Shown: positions 27,359-37,521, counted from the stretch's first letter. The stretch is 64,000 nucleotides of DNA from a bacterium (GCA_041308625.1 JBFZBB010000005.1:8798-72797); one strand, 5' to 3'. The notes: generated from the sequence alone by a model not told the origin. Numbers and translations are program-made.

Positions 27359-28297
27359 TTATTGGCTTTTTTCTGGGCTAGTAGCAATAATTGTTAGTCT
27401 AATTTCATCTTTAGACAGGTTTTTATCAAATGATGCACCAAAAATCACTTTTGCAGAAGAAGAAGTTCTTTTTTTAATAGATTCTGCTATTTTTTTTACT
27501 TCAGATAAGTAAAAATTGTTATCACCTGAAGCAATATTAAACAAAACACTACTTGATTTCTCTAAAGGATAGTCAGTTAGAGGAGAAAATAATGCAATAT
27601 CTAATGCTTTTGCTATTCTATCCTTTCCTTTCGCTCTTCCAATACCAAAAAATGCAGAACCACCCCCCCTCAAAACTTCTTTTATGTCAGCAAAATCTAA
27701 ATTCATTATTCCTGGAGTAGAAATTACATGAGAAATACTCTCAACAGCTTCTTTTAACAGCTCATCACACTTTTGAAAAGCAAATTCAACTGATGACTTG
27801 GGAGGAATTAATTTAATTAATTTATCATTAGGAATAACAACCAATGTATTAATATTTTTTTCTATTTCTTCTAATGCACTTAAGGCAATTTTCTTTCTTT
27901 TTTTACCTTCAAAAGAAAAAGGTAGTGTAGCTATGCCAATTGTTAATACATTTAAATTTTTAGCAATCTCTGAAACTACTGGCATTGCACCAGAACCAGT
28001 TCCTCCGCCAAGACCAGCAGTTAAAAAAACAATGTCTGTTGTTCTTAAAATATCTTCGATTTCTTTTTCGTTTTCTTTAGCCGAAAGCATCCCTATTTCT
28101 GGTTTCATTCCAGCCCCCAATCCTTGAGTTATTTTTTCACCTATTCTTAATTTTAAGTGAGATTTCTTTTTATTCAAATCTTGAATATCTGTATTTAAAC
28201 TAATTAATTCTATATTTTTAATATTAGAATCAAACAATCTAGAAATTGTATTACATCCAGCTCCTCCAATACCAATAACTTTAATTTTTGTATTCAT
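27359..28297 (-). CDS. ftsZ: cell division protein FtsZ (core only, no C-terminal tail)
   Basis: IKVIGIGGAGCNT, tubulin signature GLGGGTGSGAMPVV and T7 loop NLDFADIK. The protein ends ...RLTIIATSPEKSQ. Confidence 0.85.
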   Translation of the reverse strand: MNTKIKVIGIGGAGCNTISRLFDSNIKNIELISLNTDIQDLNKKKSHLKLRIGEKITQGLGAGMKPEIGMLSAKENEKEIEDILRTTDIVFLTAGLGGGTGSGAMPVVSEIAKNLNVLTIGIATLPFSFEGKKRKKIALSALEEIEKNINTLVVIPNDKLIKLIPPKSSVEFAFQKCDELLKEAVESISHVISTPGIMNLDFADIKEVLRGGGSAFFGIGRAKGKDRIAKALDIALFSPLTDYPLEKSSSVLFNIASGDNNFYLSEVKKIAESIKKRTSSSAKVIFGASFDKNLSKDEIRLTIIATSPEKSQ

Positions 28298-28298
28298 T

Positions 28299-29561
28299 TT
28301 AAGGAATAAAATCTTTAAGGACTTTCATTATCTTTTTTCCAAATCCTTCTCCATTAGATGCTTCTACTTCTAATGGTTCTTCTGTGTCATCCATTATTAA
28401 TCCGCAAACAGTAGAAAAAGAACAATCTTTTTCTACTCCAGGAACATTTTTAGCATACCCAATTCTACAAGGAAGATTAAATTCTTTTTTGGCTAACTCT
28501 ACAATTCCTGGTAACTTAGCTCCTCCTCCAACCAAAACAATTCCTCCGGGTAATAATCCTTGTTTAGAAACTTTTTTAATTTCTTTATCTATTAAATCAA
28601 ATATTTCACAGACTCTTGCTTCAACAATCTTATTTAATTCTTTTTCAGAAAAAACAATAATATTTTTATTCTTTGCCTTTTTGTTATTCGGATCTATTTG
28701 TATTTTTTCTTCTGAAAAAGGCGAGAGATCCATTTCAATCTTCTTGGTCCCAGTTTTTGAACAAGAACCATGCTCTTTTTTAATCTTTTCTGCTATTTCA
28801 ATTTCTGTTTTAAAACCAATAGCAATATCATTTGTAATATTAGCTGAACCAACAGGGAAAACTGCTAAATTTAATAAATTACCTTCTTCAAAAATAGCAA
28901 CACTTGAAGCTCCAGCGCCAATTGAAATTAATGCTACTCCTAATTCTTTTTTTGAAGAATCTAAAACAGATCTTGTATCAGCTAAAATTGTAGGAACAAG
29001 TACTACTTCTGAATCTATTCCTCCTTGATTTATTGCCTCCATTACACTCTCTGTGTCAGAACTAAGAATTGATAAAAGAAAAGCATCTAATTCTAATCTT
29101 GTTCCTCTTAATCCCAAAGGATCTTTTATTTCTCTTTCTCCATCCAAAATCCATTCCTTAGGAAATGTTGATAATATTTCTTTATTGGTTGATTGAAGAT
29201 TAACTGCTTTTGCTCCTTGGTAAATTCTTTCTATATCCTCTTGAGAGATTTTTCCGCCAGCTTGACTAACATTAATTAATCCTTTTGTGCTGATTAATTC
29301 TAATTTATTCCCATTAATACTTACATATATTTCTCTTGCTCGAGGAACTTTTTCTTTTTCCATTGCTAACATAAGCTCTGCTATTTTCTTTCCTGCTTCT
29401 TGGGGACTTTTGACTCTTCCTTTTTGAACTCCTGCCGATTCAATGGTTCTTAAAAACAAGACCTCCACAATCTTTCCTGTTTCTATATCTTTTCTTGCTG
29501 TGAGAATTTTAATTGTATTTGTACCAATATCAATTCCCATTACAACTTGTGTCTTAGCCAT
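28299..29561 (-). CDS. ftsA: cell division protein FtsA
   Basis: Actin-fold motifs GIDIGTNTIKIL, ISIGAGASSVAIF and VLVGGGAKLPGI, plus a C-terminal amphipathic KKIMKVLKDFIP. Confidence 0.85.
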   Translation of the reverse strand: MAKTQVVMGIDIGTNTIKILTARKDIETGKIVEVLFLRTIESAGVQKGRVKSPQEAGKKIAELMLAMEKEKVPRAREIYVSINGNKLELISTKGLINVSQAGGKISQEDIERIYQGAKAVNLQSTNKEILSTFPKEWILDGEREIKDPLGLRGTRLELDAFLLSILSSDTESVMEAINQGGIDSEVVLVPTILADTRSVLDSSKKELGVALISIGAGASSVAIFEEGNLLNLAVFPVGSANITNDIAIGFKTEIEIAEKIKKEHGSCSKTGTKKIEMDLSPFSEEKIQIDPNNKKAKNKNIIVFSEKELNKIVEARVCEIFDLIDKEIKKVSKQGLLPGGIVLVGGGAKLPGIVELAKKEFNLPCRIGYAKNVPGVEKDCSFSTVCGLIMDDTEEPLEVEASNGEGFGKKIMKVLKDFIP

Positions 29562-29562
29562 G

Positions 29563-29946
29563 TTATTTTATTAAATATTTATCTTGTTTTTTAAACATTT
29601 CCTCGGCATCCTTCTTTTTAACATGATCCATGCCCATTAAATGAAGTATACCATGAATTAACACTTTTGATAATTCTTTTTCAAAATCTTCTCCACCTTT
29701 TTTAACCTCACTCAAACAAATTACTATTTGAGGCAAAGGATCATTAATGGTACCAAAAGACAAAACATCTGTTACTTTATCTTTTTTTCTATATTTTTTG
29801 TTTAAAGCTTGAATCTCTTTTTCCTTAACAAAAGCAACCTCAATGTTTTTATTAATTCCTTCTTCTTTAAGAACTTTGCGAGCAACAGATACTAACAGCT
29901 TCTCGTCAACTTCAAAATCCTTATCTAGGTTTACTATATCGATCAT
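29563..29946 (-). CDS. ybeY: rRNA maturation endoribonuclease YbeY
   Basis: HGILHLMGMDH zinc motif; 127 aa. Confidence 0.85.
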   Translation of the reverse strand: MIDIVNLDKDFEVDEKLLVSVARKVLKEEGINKNIEVAFVKEKEIQALNKKYRKKDKVTDVLSFGTINDPLPQIVICLSEVKKGGEDFEKELSKVLIHGILHLMGMDHVKKKDAEEMFKKQDKYLIK

Positions 29947-29997
29947 TAAATATATTTTACTAGATTGGGAAAATAAATCAAGTGTTATGCATAAACC

Positions 29998-31278
29998 TTA
30001 CTTTTCTGCTGATAAAAATTGTTTTTTATCTCTATCCCAATCTAAAACAACTTGATATGTCGTAAAGTTTACCTCCTCTTTATTTGTTATATTATAGTTT
30101 TCATCATACTTTGGATTGCCATTAAATTTTTCCTTTTCAAATATTATTTCTTTATCATTGTCATTGTCTATATCTTCGAATGTTATTTTTTTAACACTAT
30201 CAAATACTTTCTCTTCCACATAACCATCTTTTTCATTTCCTTTATACGTTAACCCCTCCCAAACACTCATCAATTCATGTGACTGTATAAGCTCTCCGTT
30301 AATTATTCTGAAAAGATAATACTCTGTACCACAACCAGCAAAACTAGAACTTCCACATCCCCATCTACTACCTATAAAAAATGGTTTTTCATCATTAATC
30401 AGCTCTACGGGATTAATAGAAAAATTATTAGCACTCCTTATTACAGAATGCGTGGGAAAGTAAAAAATTTTAAAGCTTTTGTCTTCTTTTTCTGTAATTA
30501 TCAAAAAATCATTAAAGCCCTTATTTTCCAAATAGCTTAATCCTTTTAATCCATCTTCAAGATTAATTTTACAATTATCTTTACAGAAAGAAACAATGGC
30601 TACTTGATTATTAGAATTTTTATCAAAAGATCCTCTTCGAATCAACATTTGTTCAAATTCAATATTAACTCTTTCTTCAATATGATTTTTTAATTTATCG
30701 TTAGAGTTAAATATTTCAGAATATAAATCTTTTTCTAAATGATAAAGTCTATTATCGTCTAATAATATCTCTGGACATTCATATTCTTCTGGGTAATCAC
30801 AAAGAAAACCTCCCTCATATATCAAATAATTCTTAGTTAATTTAATTAAAGACATTATACAAGTTGGGCATCCACCGTGAGTTCCTTTTTCTTGTTTGCT
30901 TTTATCACAAGAATAAAAACTATATCCTTCTGGCACAATATAATTATAAGGAGTCTCTTCATCTGGACAATATGCCTCTGTCCAAAATTCAATAGAGTGA
31001 GGTAGGTTATTAGAAACTATTTCTGTGGCTTTAAAAAAAGACTCGGGGTATTCAATGTGTTGAGGTAGAGATTCAAAATTAATCACCTCAAGACTTTGTT
31101 CGTTATTTAATTCTTCTACTAACTGATCATCCTCTTTTTTTTGTTCTTCTGTTTTTTCTTTTATTAAAGTCTGTTCTTTTCTATCATCTACCTTATTCGA
31201 GATAAAACCACTTACTGAAATTACAAAAAAAACAATTACCATCCCAGCTAAAAATTTAATTATATTTTTTGGATTCAT
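29998..31278 (-). CDS. membrane-anchored/secreted hypothetical protein, paralog of 39119..40033
   Basis: N-terminal TM helix. Shares the block ATEIVSNNLPHSIEFWTEAYCP...HGGCPTCIMSLIKL with the other ORF. Confidence 0.5.
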   Translation of the reverse strand: MNPKNIIKFLAGMVIVFFVISVSGFISNKVDDRKEQTLIKEKTEEQKKEDDQLVEELNNEQSLEVINFESLPQHIEYPESFFKATEIVSNNLPHSIEFWTEAYCPDEETPYNYIVPEGYSFYSCDKSKQEKGTHGGCPTCIMSLIKLTKNYLIYEGGFLCDYPEEYECPEILLDDNRLYHLEKDLYSEIFNSNDKLKNHIEERVNIEFEQMLIRRGSFDKNSNNQVAIVSFCKDNCKINLEDGLKGLSYLENKGFNDFLIITEKEDKSFKIFYFPTHSVIRSANNFSINPVELINDEKPFFIGSRWGCGSSSFAGCGTEYYLFRIINGELIQSHELMSVWEGLTYKGNEKDGYVEEKVFDSVKKITFEDIDNDNDKEIIFEKEKFNGNPKYDENYNITNKEEVNFTTYQVVLDWDRDKKQFLSAEK

Positions 31279-31406
31279 GTTAATATATTTATTTAATTAC
31301 TTTAAAACATAAAAATGCTTTATTGTTATTTTTTTGCATAACAACATAAGATAATGATAGCAAAGTTTATAAACTTTAACAACACATTTAAAACATATAA
31401 ACTTAC

Positions 31407-31433
31407 AAAAAACAGGGTTTCCCCTGTTTTTAT
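31407..31433 (-). terminator. rho-independent terminator after the YqeY-like gene
   Basis: Hairpin aacaggg-ttt-cccctgtt. On the minus strand it is followed by ttttttg. Confidence 0.6.
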
Positions 31434-31924
31434 TGTAATTCCTCTTTTACGATTTTAGCAACTAAATTTCCATCTGCCTTACCTTTTGTTTTTGGAACAA
31501 TTTCTTTCATTATTAATCCAATGTCTTTTTGACTTGCTGCTCCTGTTTTTTCTTTCGCTTCTTTAACTATTACTCTAATTTCTTCTTCAGTTAATTCTTT
31601 TGGTAAATATTTTTTTAAAATCTCTAATTCTTTGTTTTCGTTTTCTACTAAATCTAATCTTCCTCCTATTTCAAAAGATTGAATACTGTCTCTTCTCTTT
31701 TTAACCTCACTAGAAACAGCTTCAATTACCTCTTCATCAGTTAAAACACTCTTTTCATCTAATTCTGATTCATTTAATTGAGGGTTTTCGTTAGCAAACT
31801 TTAATCTTTTGTCTTTTCCTTTATTAACAATAGCAGAAACAAGCATCCTTAAAACAGATACTCCAGTTTCATTCTTGTCTTTTTGGAAAGAAATCAAATC
31901 TTTTTTAATTTCTTCTAATAACAT
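31430..31924 (-). CDS. GatB/YqeY domain protein
   Basis: Pattern LRMLVSAIVNKGKDKR..., RRDSIQSFEIGGRLDLVENENKELEILKKYLP, DIGLIMKEIVPKTKGKADGNLVAKIVKEEL. Confidence 0.7.
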   Translation of the reverse strand: MLLEEIKKDLISFQKDKNETGVSVLRMLVSAIVNKGKDKRLKFANENPQLNESELDEKSVLTDEEVIEAVSSEVKKRRDSIQSFEIGGRLDLVENENKELEILKKYLPKELTEEEIRVIVKEAKEKTGAASQKDIGLIMKEIVPKTKGKADGNLVAKIVKEELQ

Positions 31925-31928
31925 AGAA

Positions 31929-32138
31929 TTATTTTTTTCCTAATTTTTTTAATTTTTCAAACTTCTTAGTTTTTTCTAGTTTTACTAAGGCGGCTCTTTT
32001 GTTCAAGTTTTCACTCTTTAGTCTTTCACGAAACCTTCTTTTTCTAGCTTCGATCAAAACACCACTTTTTTGAACAGCTTTAGTAAAACGATAAACTAAA
32101 GATTGAGAAGTTTCTTTTTGTTGTTTTTGAATCTTCAT
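31929..32138 (-). CDS. rpsU: 30S ribosomal protein S21
   Basis: 69-aa basic protein with SLVYRFTKAVQKSGVLIEARKRRFRERLKSENLNKR, as expected for S21. Confidence 0.65.
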   Translation of the reverse strand: MKIQKQQKETSQSLVYRFTKAVQKSGVLIEARKRRFRERLKSENLNKRAALVKLEKTKKFEKLKKLGKK

Positions 32139-32142
32139 AATT

Positions 32143-33423
32143 TTACTTTAATCTTGTTTTAATTTCTTTAACCATTTCTTTAATATTAACCTCTGCTTGT
32201 TTACCTGTTTCCATGTCTCTAATAATAACCATGTCTCTTAAAGCTTCTTTTTGTCCAACAATAATTACAATATTAATGTTTAATTTATTGGCTCTACTTA
32301 ATTGAGCTTTTAAAGAGTCTTTACTAAAAGATTCTGTTGCTTTAATTCCTGCTTTTCTTAATTCTTCAAAAATTAATAGCCCCTTCTTTTTAGCCAAAGG
32401 TCCTATTTGAGAAATGAAAACTTTAGGCATGGAAGCATAAACACCTTCTACTTTTCTTGCTTTCATTGCAGAAACAATTCTTTCTATTCCTGCAGCAGCT
32501 CCACAAGAAGGAACATTTGCTTTTCCTAAAACCTTTGACAGGATATCATATCTTCCGCCTCCTGCCAAGGCCCCGGTCCCTTCTTCTTCGGTTACGGGTG
32601 CTTCTATTTCAAATACTGTTCTTGTGTAATAATCTAACCCTCTTACTAAAAATGGATCCAAAGTAAAAGGAATTTTTAATTCTTCTAAATATTCTAACAC
32701 TTCTTTTAAATGAGTTTTGCAGTCTTCGCATAAATAGTCAATAATTTGAGGTCCTTCATTAACCAATTCTTTACATTTTTCATTTTTACAATCAAGAACT
32801 CTTAAAGGATTTGTTTTTGTTCTTCTTAAACAGTCTTTACAAAACGCATTTTTCTTTGATTTTAAAAACTTAATCAACGCTTTTCTGTATTCTCCGCGAC
32901 AATTTTCATCACCAATTGAATTAATCTTTACAACAGCATCGTTTATTCCTAAGTCACATAAAATATTATACATAATAACAATGGTTTGGGCATCGACAAT
33001 TGATTCTTTGTCTCCCAAAACCTCAAAACCATATTGCCAAAACTGTCTATATCTTCCTGCTTGAGGTTTTTCATGTCTAAAAAATGGTCCGTGGTACCAT
33101 AACTTTATTGGTTGAGGATAAGTATTAAGTCCATGTTCAAGATAAGCACGCATAATTGGTGCTGTTCCTTCTGGTCTTAAAGCTAAAGCATCTTTTCCTT
33201 CTTTTGTTCTTAAAATATACATTTCCTTTTCCACAATATCAGTATTTACTCCAACGCTACGACTAAACAATTCAGCACTTTCAAGAATAGGCGTATCTAT
33301 TTTTTCAAATCCATAAAAATCAAAAGCTTTTTCTATTGCCTTATATACTTTTTGAAAATATACCTGATCTTGAGGTAAGATATCGTGCATTCCTGTTGGA
33401 GTTTGAAATCTAATTTTGGCCAT
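32143..33423 (-). CDS. hisS: histidyl-tRNA synthetase
   Basis: GMHDILP, LRPEGTAPIMRAY, YHGPFFRHEKPQAGRYRQFWQ, GGGRYD and a C-terminal anticodon-binding domain. Confidence 0.9.
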   Translation of the reverse strand: MAKIRFQTPTGMHDILPQDQVYFQKVYKAIEKAFDFYGFEKIDTPILESAELFSRSVGVNTDIVEKEMYILRTKEGKDALALRPEGTAPIMRAYLEHGLNTYPQPIKLWYHGPFFRHEKPQAGRYRQFWQYGFEVLGDKESIVDAQTIVIMYNILCDLGINDAVVKINSIGDENCRGEYRKALIKFLKSKKNAFCKDCLRRTKTNPLRVLDCKNEKCKELVNEGPQIIDYLCEDCKTHLKEVLEYLEELKIPFTLDPFLVRGLDYYTRTVFEIEAPVTEEEGTGALAGGGRYDILSKVLGKANVPSCGAAAGIERIVSAMKARKVEGVYASMPKVFISQIGPLAKKKGLLIFEELRKAGIKATESFSKDSLKAQLSRANKLNINIVIIVGQKEALRDMVIIRDMETGKQAEVNIKEMVKEIKTRLK

Positions 33424-33985
33424 AGCTATTCTTTAAACTTAATAAACTAGAAAGGAAATCAAAAGCAGAAAGCTTAATAAAAACCTTCCCAATTATGTTT
33501 TTTCTTGGAACTGGTCCCCAAATTCTAGAATCAGAAGAATAGTTCCTGTTGTCTCCCATAACAAAATATTCATCTTCATTTAATTGAATTGAAAAGTCTG
33601 TATTTCTTTCCCACTCACTTTTAGCTTTTTCAGATAAATATCCTTCTTCTAGTTTAAACGTTTCATTGTTTGAAGTAATAAACACTTCTCCAGCAACAAT
33701 ATCTACTTTTTCTCCAGGCAAACCAATTATTCTCTTAATATATTTATATGCCATGTCCTTAGGATACTTAAACACTATAACTTCTTGTCTTTCTGGTTCT
33801 CTTAGCTTATATGTCAATTCATCAATAATTAAATAGTCAGCATCATGAAAATTAGGGTCCATTGAAGCACCACTAACAACAAAAGGTTGAAATAGCATCA
33901 ATCTTATAGGTAAAACAATGGCCAAAGCCAGTAAAAACAGTTTTACCCAGTCAAAAATGAAATTAATTACTCCTTTTTCTTCCAT
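33410..33985 (-). CDS. lepB: signal peptidase I
   Basis: VSGASMDPNF (Ser), KRIIGLPGEKV (Lys box) and GDNRNYSSDSR. Confidence 0.85.
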   Translation of the reverse strand: MEEKGVINFIFDWVKLFLLALAIVLPIRLMLFQPFVVSGASMDPNFHDADYLIIDELTYKLREPERQEVIVFKYPKDMAYKYIKRIIGLPGEKVDIVAGEVFITSNNETFKLEEGYLSEKAKSEWERNTDFSIQLNEDEYFVMGDNRNYSSDSRIWGPVPRKNIIGKVFIKLSAFDFLSSLLSLKNSYGQN

Positions 33986-34033
33986 TGAACAAATAATACA
34001 CTAAAACAGGTTTTTAGGCAAGTATGCCCCATT

Positions 34034-34561
34034 TTAAAGCTTTTTGTTGTTTATATACACCTCTTTTAGGGTTGATCCTCCATCTTTATCAATCAATATT
34101 TTAGCATATCCATCACCATTAAGATCATAAAGGTTTACATTGGGCATAAAAAAACTCTCTATGCCATAAACAATATTTATTGAACAATTATATTTATAGT
34201 TAAAACCAGAACAATATTTTTTATAACTTACTTTTCCCCTTATAAACGTTCCCTCGCTAGGCTTATCTTTTTGAATACTTTTAAAAACATGTAAATTATT
34301 TTGTGAATTACTTTCCAAAACAACATAAACGACATCATCTTTTTCAAATTCATCTTTATCTTCTCTTTCTATGTTTGAAATAGTATATTCTATATCTAAA
34401 TATTCTTGCCCAAACCTGCTTTGTTTACTTAAAGATTCTATTTCGATTAAAACCTCTTTCCCTGAAGATATTGCCAAAGAATTAATAAAAATCAAAGAAA
34501 AAATTACAATTAATTGAAAAATAACTACTATAATTATTTTTTCTTTAAAATTAATTTTCAT
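34034..34561 (-). CDS. GDYXXLXY-like domain protein
   Basis: TM anchor plus SRFGQEYLDIEYTISNI, which resembles the (R)GDY..L.Y.I motif. It follows two large membrane proteins in the operon. Confidence 0.35.
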   Translation of the reverse strand: MKINFKEKIIIVVIFQLIVIFSLIFINSLAISSGKEVLIEIESLSKQSRFGQEYLDIEYTISNIEREDKDEFEKDDVVYVVLESNSQNNLHVFKSIQKDKPSEGTFIRGKVSYKKYCSGFNYKYNCSINIVYGIESFFMPNVNLYDLNGDGYAKILIDKDGGSTLKEVYINNKKL

Positions 34562-36224
34562 TTTTTTCTTTAAAACTAGAAATCAATACTTGTCTTCCTT
34601 TTTCCATGGCCCAACCAACAACTAAAAGAATAACTCCTGCTAAAATAAAGAAGAGACCCTTGTCGAGAGAAGAATAAAACCAATCAAAATACTTTGATAT
34701 TATAAATAAAAATAAAAATACTGCTCCAACATTAATTATTCCTGTTGATTTTAATTTATAACCAAACAATATGGTTCCCAAATAAAGCAAAAAAGTTAAA
34801 AAGTTAAACATAAAAGACCATAATAGTGCAGGTCCAGTTAATTCTAATCCTCCAACAAATAGCTCTTTATTAAAATTCATGAATGGAAGACAAAAGAAAA
34901 ATAAACTTAATACAAAAGGATAAAAAATACGCTTAAAAATATTACTAGTTTTAAAAAGATAAAAGAAAAAAGAACAAATAATCAAGATTAGGGAGATTGA
35001 AAAAATATAGCCCTGATTAAAAGTAAAAACAGATTTTCCAAAAACATCGATGCCTGCTCTCGAAGAAAGAAAAAGGAAAAACATGTTTATCGGAACAATA
35101 GCGAAAACAGCTGACATAAACTCTGCTTTATTTTCATTTTTTTCTTTTCTCGAAAGATAATACATTAAAAAGAACATATTAATTAAAAGAACAAAATTCA
35201 ATATATTAGCTGTTGAGACTAAACCGTGGCTTGACCCTTGAAAAGAATAAAAAAGAGAAGCTATGGAAGAAATAACAAACATAAACAGTCCCAACCTTCT
35301 CATTACTTTAATATTTTTACTATTTCCTACGTGTAAAACAACCAAAGAAAAAATAAGGACGACTAGACTTAAAATAATAGACATAAAAAATCCGTTTGCT
35401 GTTAAATCTTGTCCATAACTATAATATGGTGCCCAATAACCATAATTCCAGTCTCTTTGAACATCAACAAGATATTGCTGCTTAGGAGAAAAAACTAAAA
35501 ATGATGAGAATAAAGTTAAAAAACCAAAAAAACCAAACTCTGGCAAGGTTATTCTTTTATTATTCAAGTTAAAATAAATAAGAAAAACGTTGATCAATAA
35601 TAATACAACAAATAAAAATATTAAAATAGGTGTAACAGCAACAGAGCCAAGAGTTTCTGACAAAAACTCTATTCCACTTAAACCATTAGAAAGAAAAAAG
35701 AAAGACCCAAATAAAACTATTGAACTTATAAATAAAAACGTTAAAGAAAATCTTTTAGAATTGCTTTCTTTTAGCTGTCCGAATAACCAATATAAACCAC
35801 CTACCAACAAAATTATTCCCAACAACTGAGCCGTTGTTTCTTTTAAAGAAAATAATTCACTATATCTAAAGCTTATTGCGTAAAATAAGGATAATATAGA
35901 AAAACCCAAAACAACAAAAGCATCAAACAAATACCCAACAGCTATACCAAAAATAGCACAAGCTAAAATCAAAACATCTTTAGGAATAACATCTCCTATT
36001 GCATAATTAATAACAAAAAGTACTGCACTGAGAAGTAAACCGGCCAAAAGAAAATATGATTGTTTTGTAAAATCAAGGTCTTTAAATTCTTTTTCTTTTG
36101 GATCAACAATTTTTCTTTTTTTATTTCTAAAAAATATAAACCTAATAATTAAGAAAAATATTCCTAACCAAAACAAACTACTAAGAACACTTGTTATCCA
36201 ATAAAAAGGATCAGAATAAGGCAT
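34551..36224 (-). CDS. large polytopic membrane protein (DUF4401-like position in the operon)
   Basis: 557 aa with more than 12 predicted TM helices. Overlaps the downstream gene by 11 nt. Confidence 0.35.
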   Translation of the reverse strand: MPYSDPFYWITSVLSSLFWLGIFFLIIRFIFFRNKKRKIVDPKEKEFKDLDFTKQSYFLLAGLLLSAVLFVINYAIGDVIPKDVLILACAIFGIAVGYLFDAFVVLGFSILSLFYAISFRYSELFSLKETTAQLLGIILLVGGLYWLFGQLKESNSKRFSLTFLFISSIVLFGSFFFLSNGLSGIEFLSETLGSVAVTPILIFLFVVLLLINVFLIYFNLNNKRITLPEFGFFGFLTLFSSFLVFSPKQQYLVDVQRDWNYGYWAPYYSYGQDLTANGFFMSIILSLVVLIFSLVVLHVGNSKNIKVMRRLGLFMFVISSIASLFYSFQGSSHGLVSTANILNFVLLINMFFLMYYLSRKEKNENKAEFMSAVFAIVPINMFFLFLSSRAGIDVFGKSVFTFNQGYIFSISLILIICSFFFYLFKTSNIFKRIFYPFVLSLFFFCLPFMNFNKELFVGGLELTGPALLWSFMFNFLTFLLYLGTILFGYKLKSTGIINVGAVFLFLFIISKYFDWFYSSLDKGLFFILAGVILLVVGWAMEKGRQVLISSFKEKNEN

Positions 36225-36228
36225 ATTT

Positions 36229-37032
36229 TTAATTGTTTATTTTTTTAATTTTTTTATCCATAAAAACTCCTATATAAATAGCAGCGAAAAATCCTATCAG
36301 TAAAACAATGACCGAAGAAAAAACAAAAAAGTTACTTAAAATTCCCCTTGATAGAACAAGAACTGGATACATTATTCCCCCTATAAATCCTAAAATTAAA
36401 GAAAGATTAATTATTTTTGAAGAATTAAAAATAAATCCCGTCAACAAAGAACCTAAGAACCATATAATTAATCCGTCAGGAAAAAAGAGATTTATATTAA
36501 AAATACTTGAAATTAAAAAAATACCAGTCCCATAAACAATTGAACCAATTAAAAACATGGCTTCACTTACTCCAACAAGCTTTTTCTTTTCTTTAAAAAA
36601 CCATCCCAAGAAATAGAAAAGGACAATAAAAAAGAAAATAATTATCATTTTTGAAATCTCGCTCATGCTCTGCCAATTAGCAGCTATAAAAGAAAAAATA
36701 CCTAAGCCAATAAAAAAAGCAGCAAAACTTAATGTGATAGAAATAGTTTTTTTATGAGAATCTTCTTTTGATTCTTTTATTTCTTTTTCTCCTTCTTTCT
36801 CTGCTAACACTTTCTCGATTTCTTCTATTTTCAACCCTTTAGATAAAAGATCTTTATATACTTCTTCTTTTGTTTTTTCTTCCGTTACTATTTTTTCCTC
36901 AACTGGTTCTATAAAAAATTCTTCTATTTCTGAATCTTTCCATCCACTTGTTATTAATTTTTCTTTTATTTCTTTTTTTTCTAATCCTCTTTCTAAACAA
37001 AAATCAATATATTTTTTTAAATTCTCATTCAT
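36229..37032 (-). CDS. DUF2157-like membrane protein
   Basis: Soluble N-terminal domain (KKYIDFCLERGLEKKEIKEKLITSGWKDSEIEEFF) followed by 5-6 TM helices. Confidence 0.35.
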   Translation of the reverse strand: MNENLKKYIDFCLERGLEKKEIKEKLITSGWKDSEIEEFFIEPVEEKIVTEEKTKEEVYKDLLSKGLKIEEIEKVLAEKEGEKEIKESKEDSHKKTISITLSFAAFFIGLGIFSFIAANWQSMSEISKMIIIFFFIVLFYFLGWFFKEKKKLVGVSEAMFLIGSIVYGTGIFLISSIFNINLFFPDGLIIWFLGSLLTGFIFNSSKIINLSLILGFIGGIMYPVLVLSRGILSNFFVFSSVIVLLIGFFAAIYIGVFMDKKIKKINN

Positions 37033-37098
37033 GTTTTTTGCTATTTAAAATAATAAAAAATCTATATGCTATATCGTATCATGGTCAAGAAATAAAAG

Positions 37099-37518
37099 TC
37101 AATGCAAAATACTCTCCCATGACTCTTTATATACCTCTCCCCACTTACTTTCTTCTTTTACAACACAATCTAAGAATTCTTTACCATATAAATCTAAAAG
37201 AATATCCTTATAAAATAAATACAATTTTTTATGCAAAGAAAGGGAGTCTTTAAATTTAAGATCATTATCTACAAAAATAATATGTAATAATTCATGAATT
37301 AAAACTGCTTTTTTAAAATCATACGAATAACTATCTCTAAGCATTAATGGATGAGATGTGCTTTTCCCATTATAAACAAATGCTTTTATTTCTTGAGAAA
37401 TGAATTTCATTTGAGAATAATGCTCAATTTTTTCAATCATAGTGTCTCCTTGATTTTTCCATATTTCTCTATACTCTTCAACACTTTTTATATTTTCTCC
37501 TTCAAACAATATATTCAT
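37099..37518 (-). CDS. hypothetical protein with an HExxH motif (possible small metallopeptidase)
   Basis: LIHELLHIIF. It is the last gene of a membrane protein / XRE / HExxH trio. Confidence 0.35.
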   Translation of the reverse strand: MNILFEGENIKSVEEYREIWKNQGDTMIEKIEHYSQMKFISQEIKAFVYNGKSTSHPLMLRDSYSYDFKKAVLIHELLHIIFVDNDLKFKDSLSLHKKLYLFYKDILLDLYGKEFLDCVVKEESKWGEVYKESWESILH

Positions 37519-37521
37519 ATA

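Noticed and set aside
28384-29028. 214-aa plus-strand ORF
   Set aside because: It lies entirely antisense to ftsA, which has clear actin-fold motifs. This is a typical shadow ORF in AT-rich DNA.
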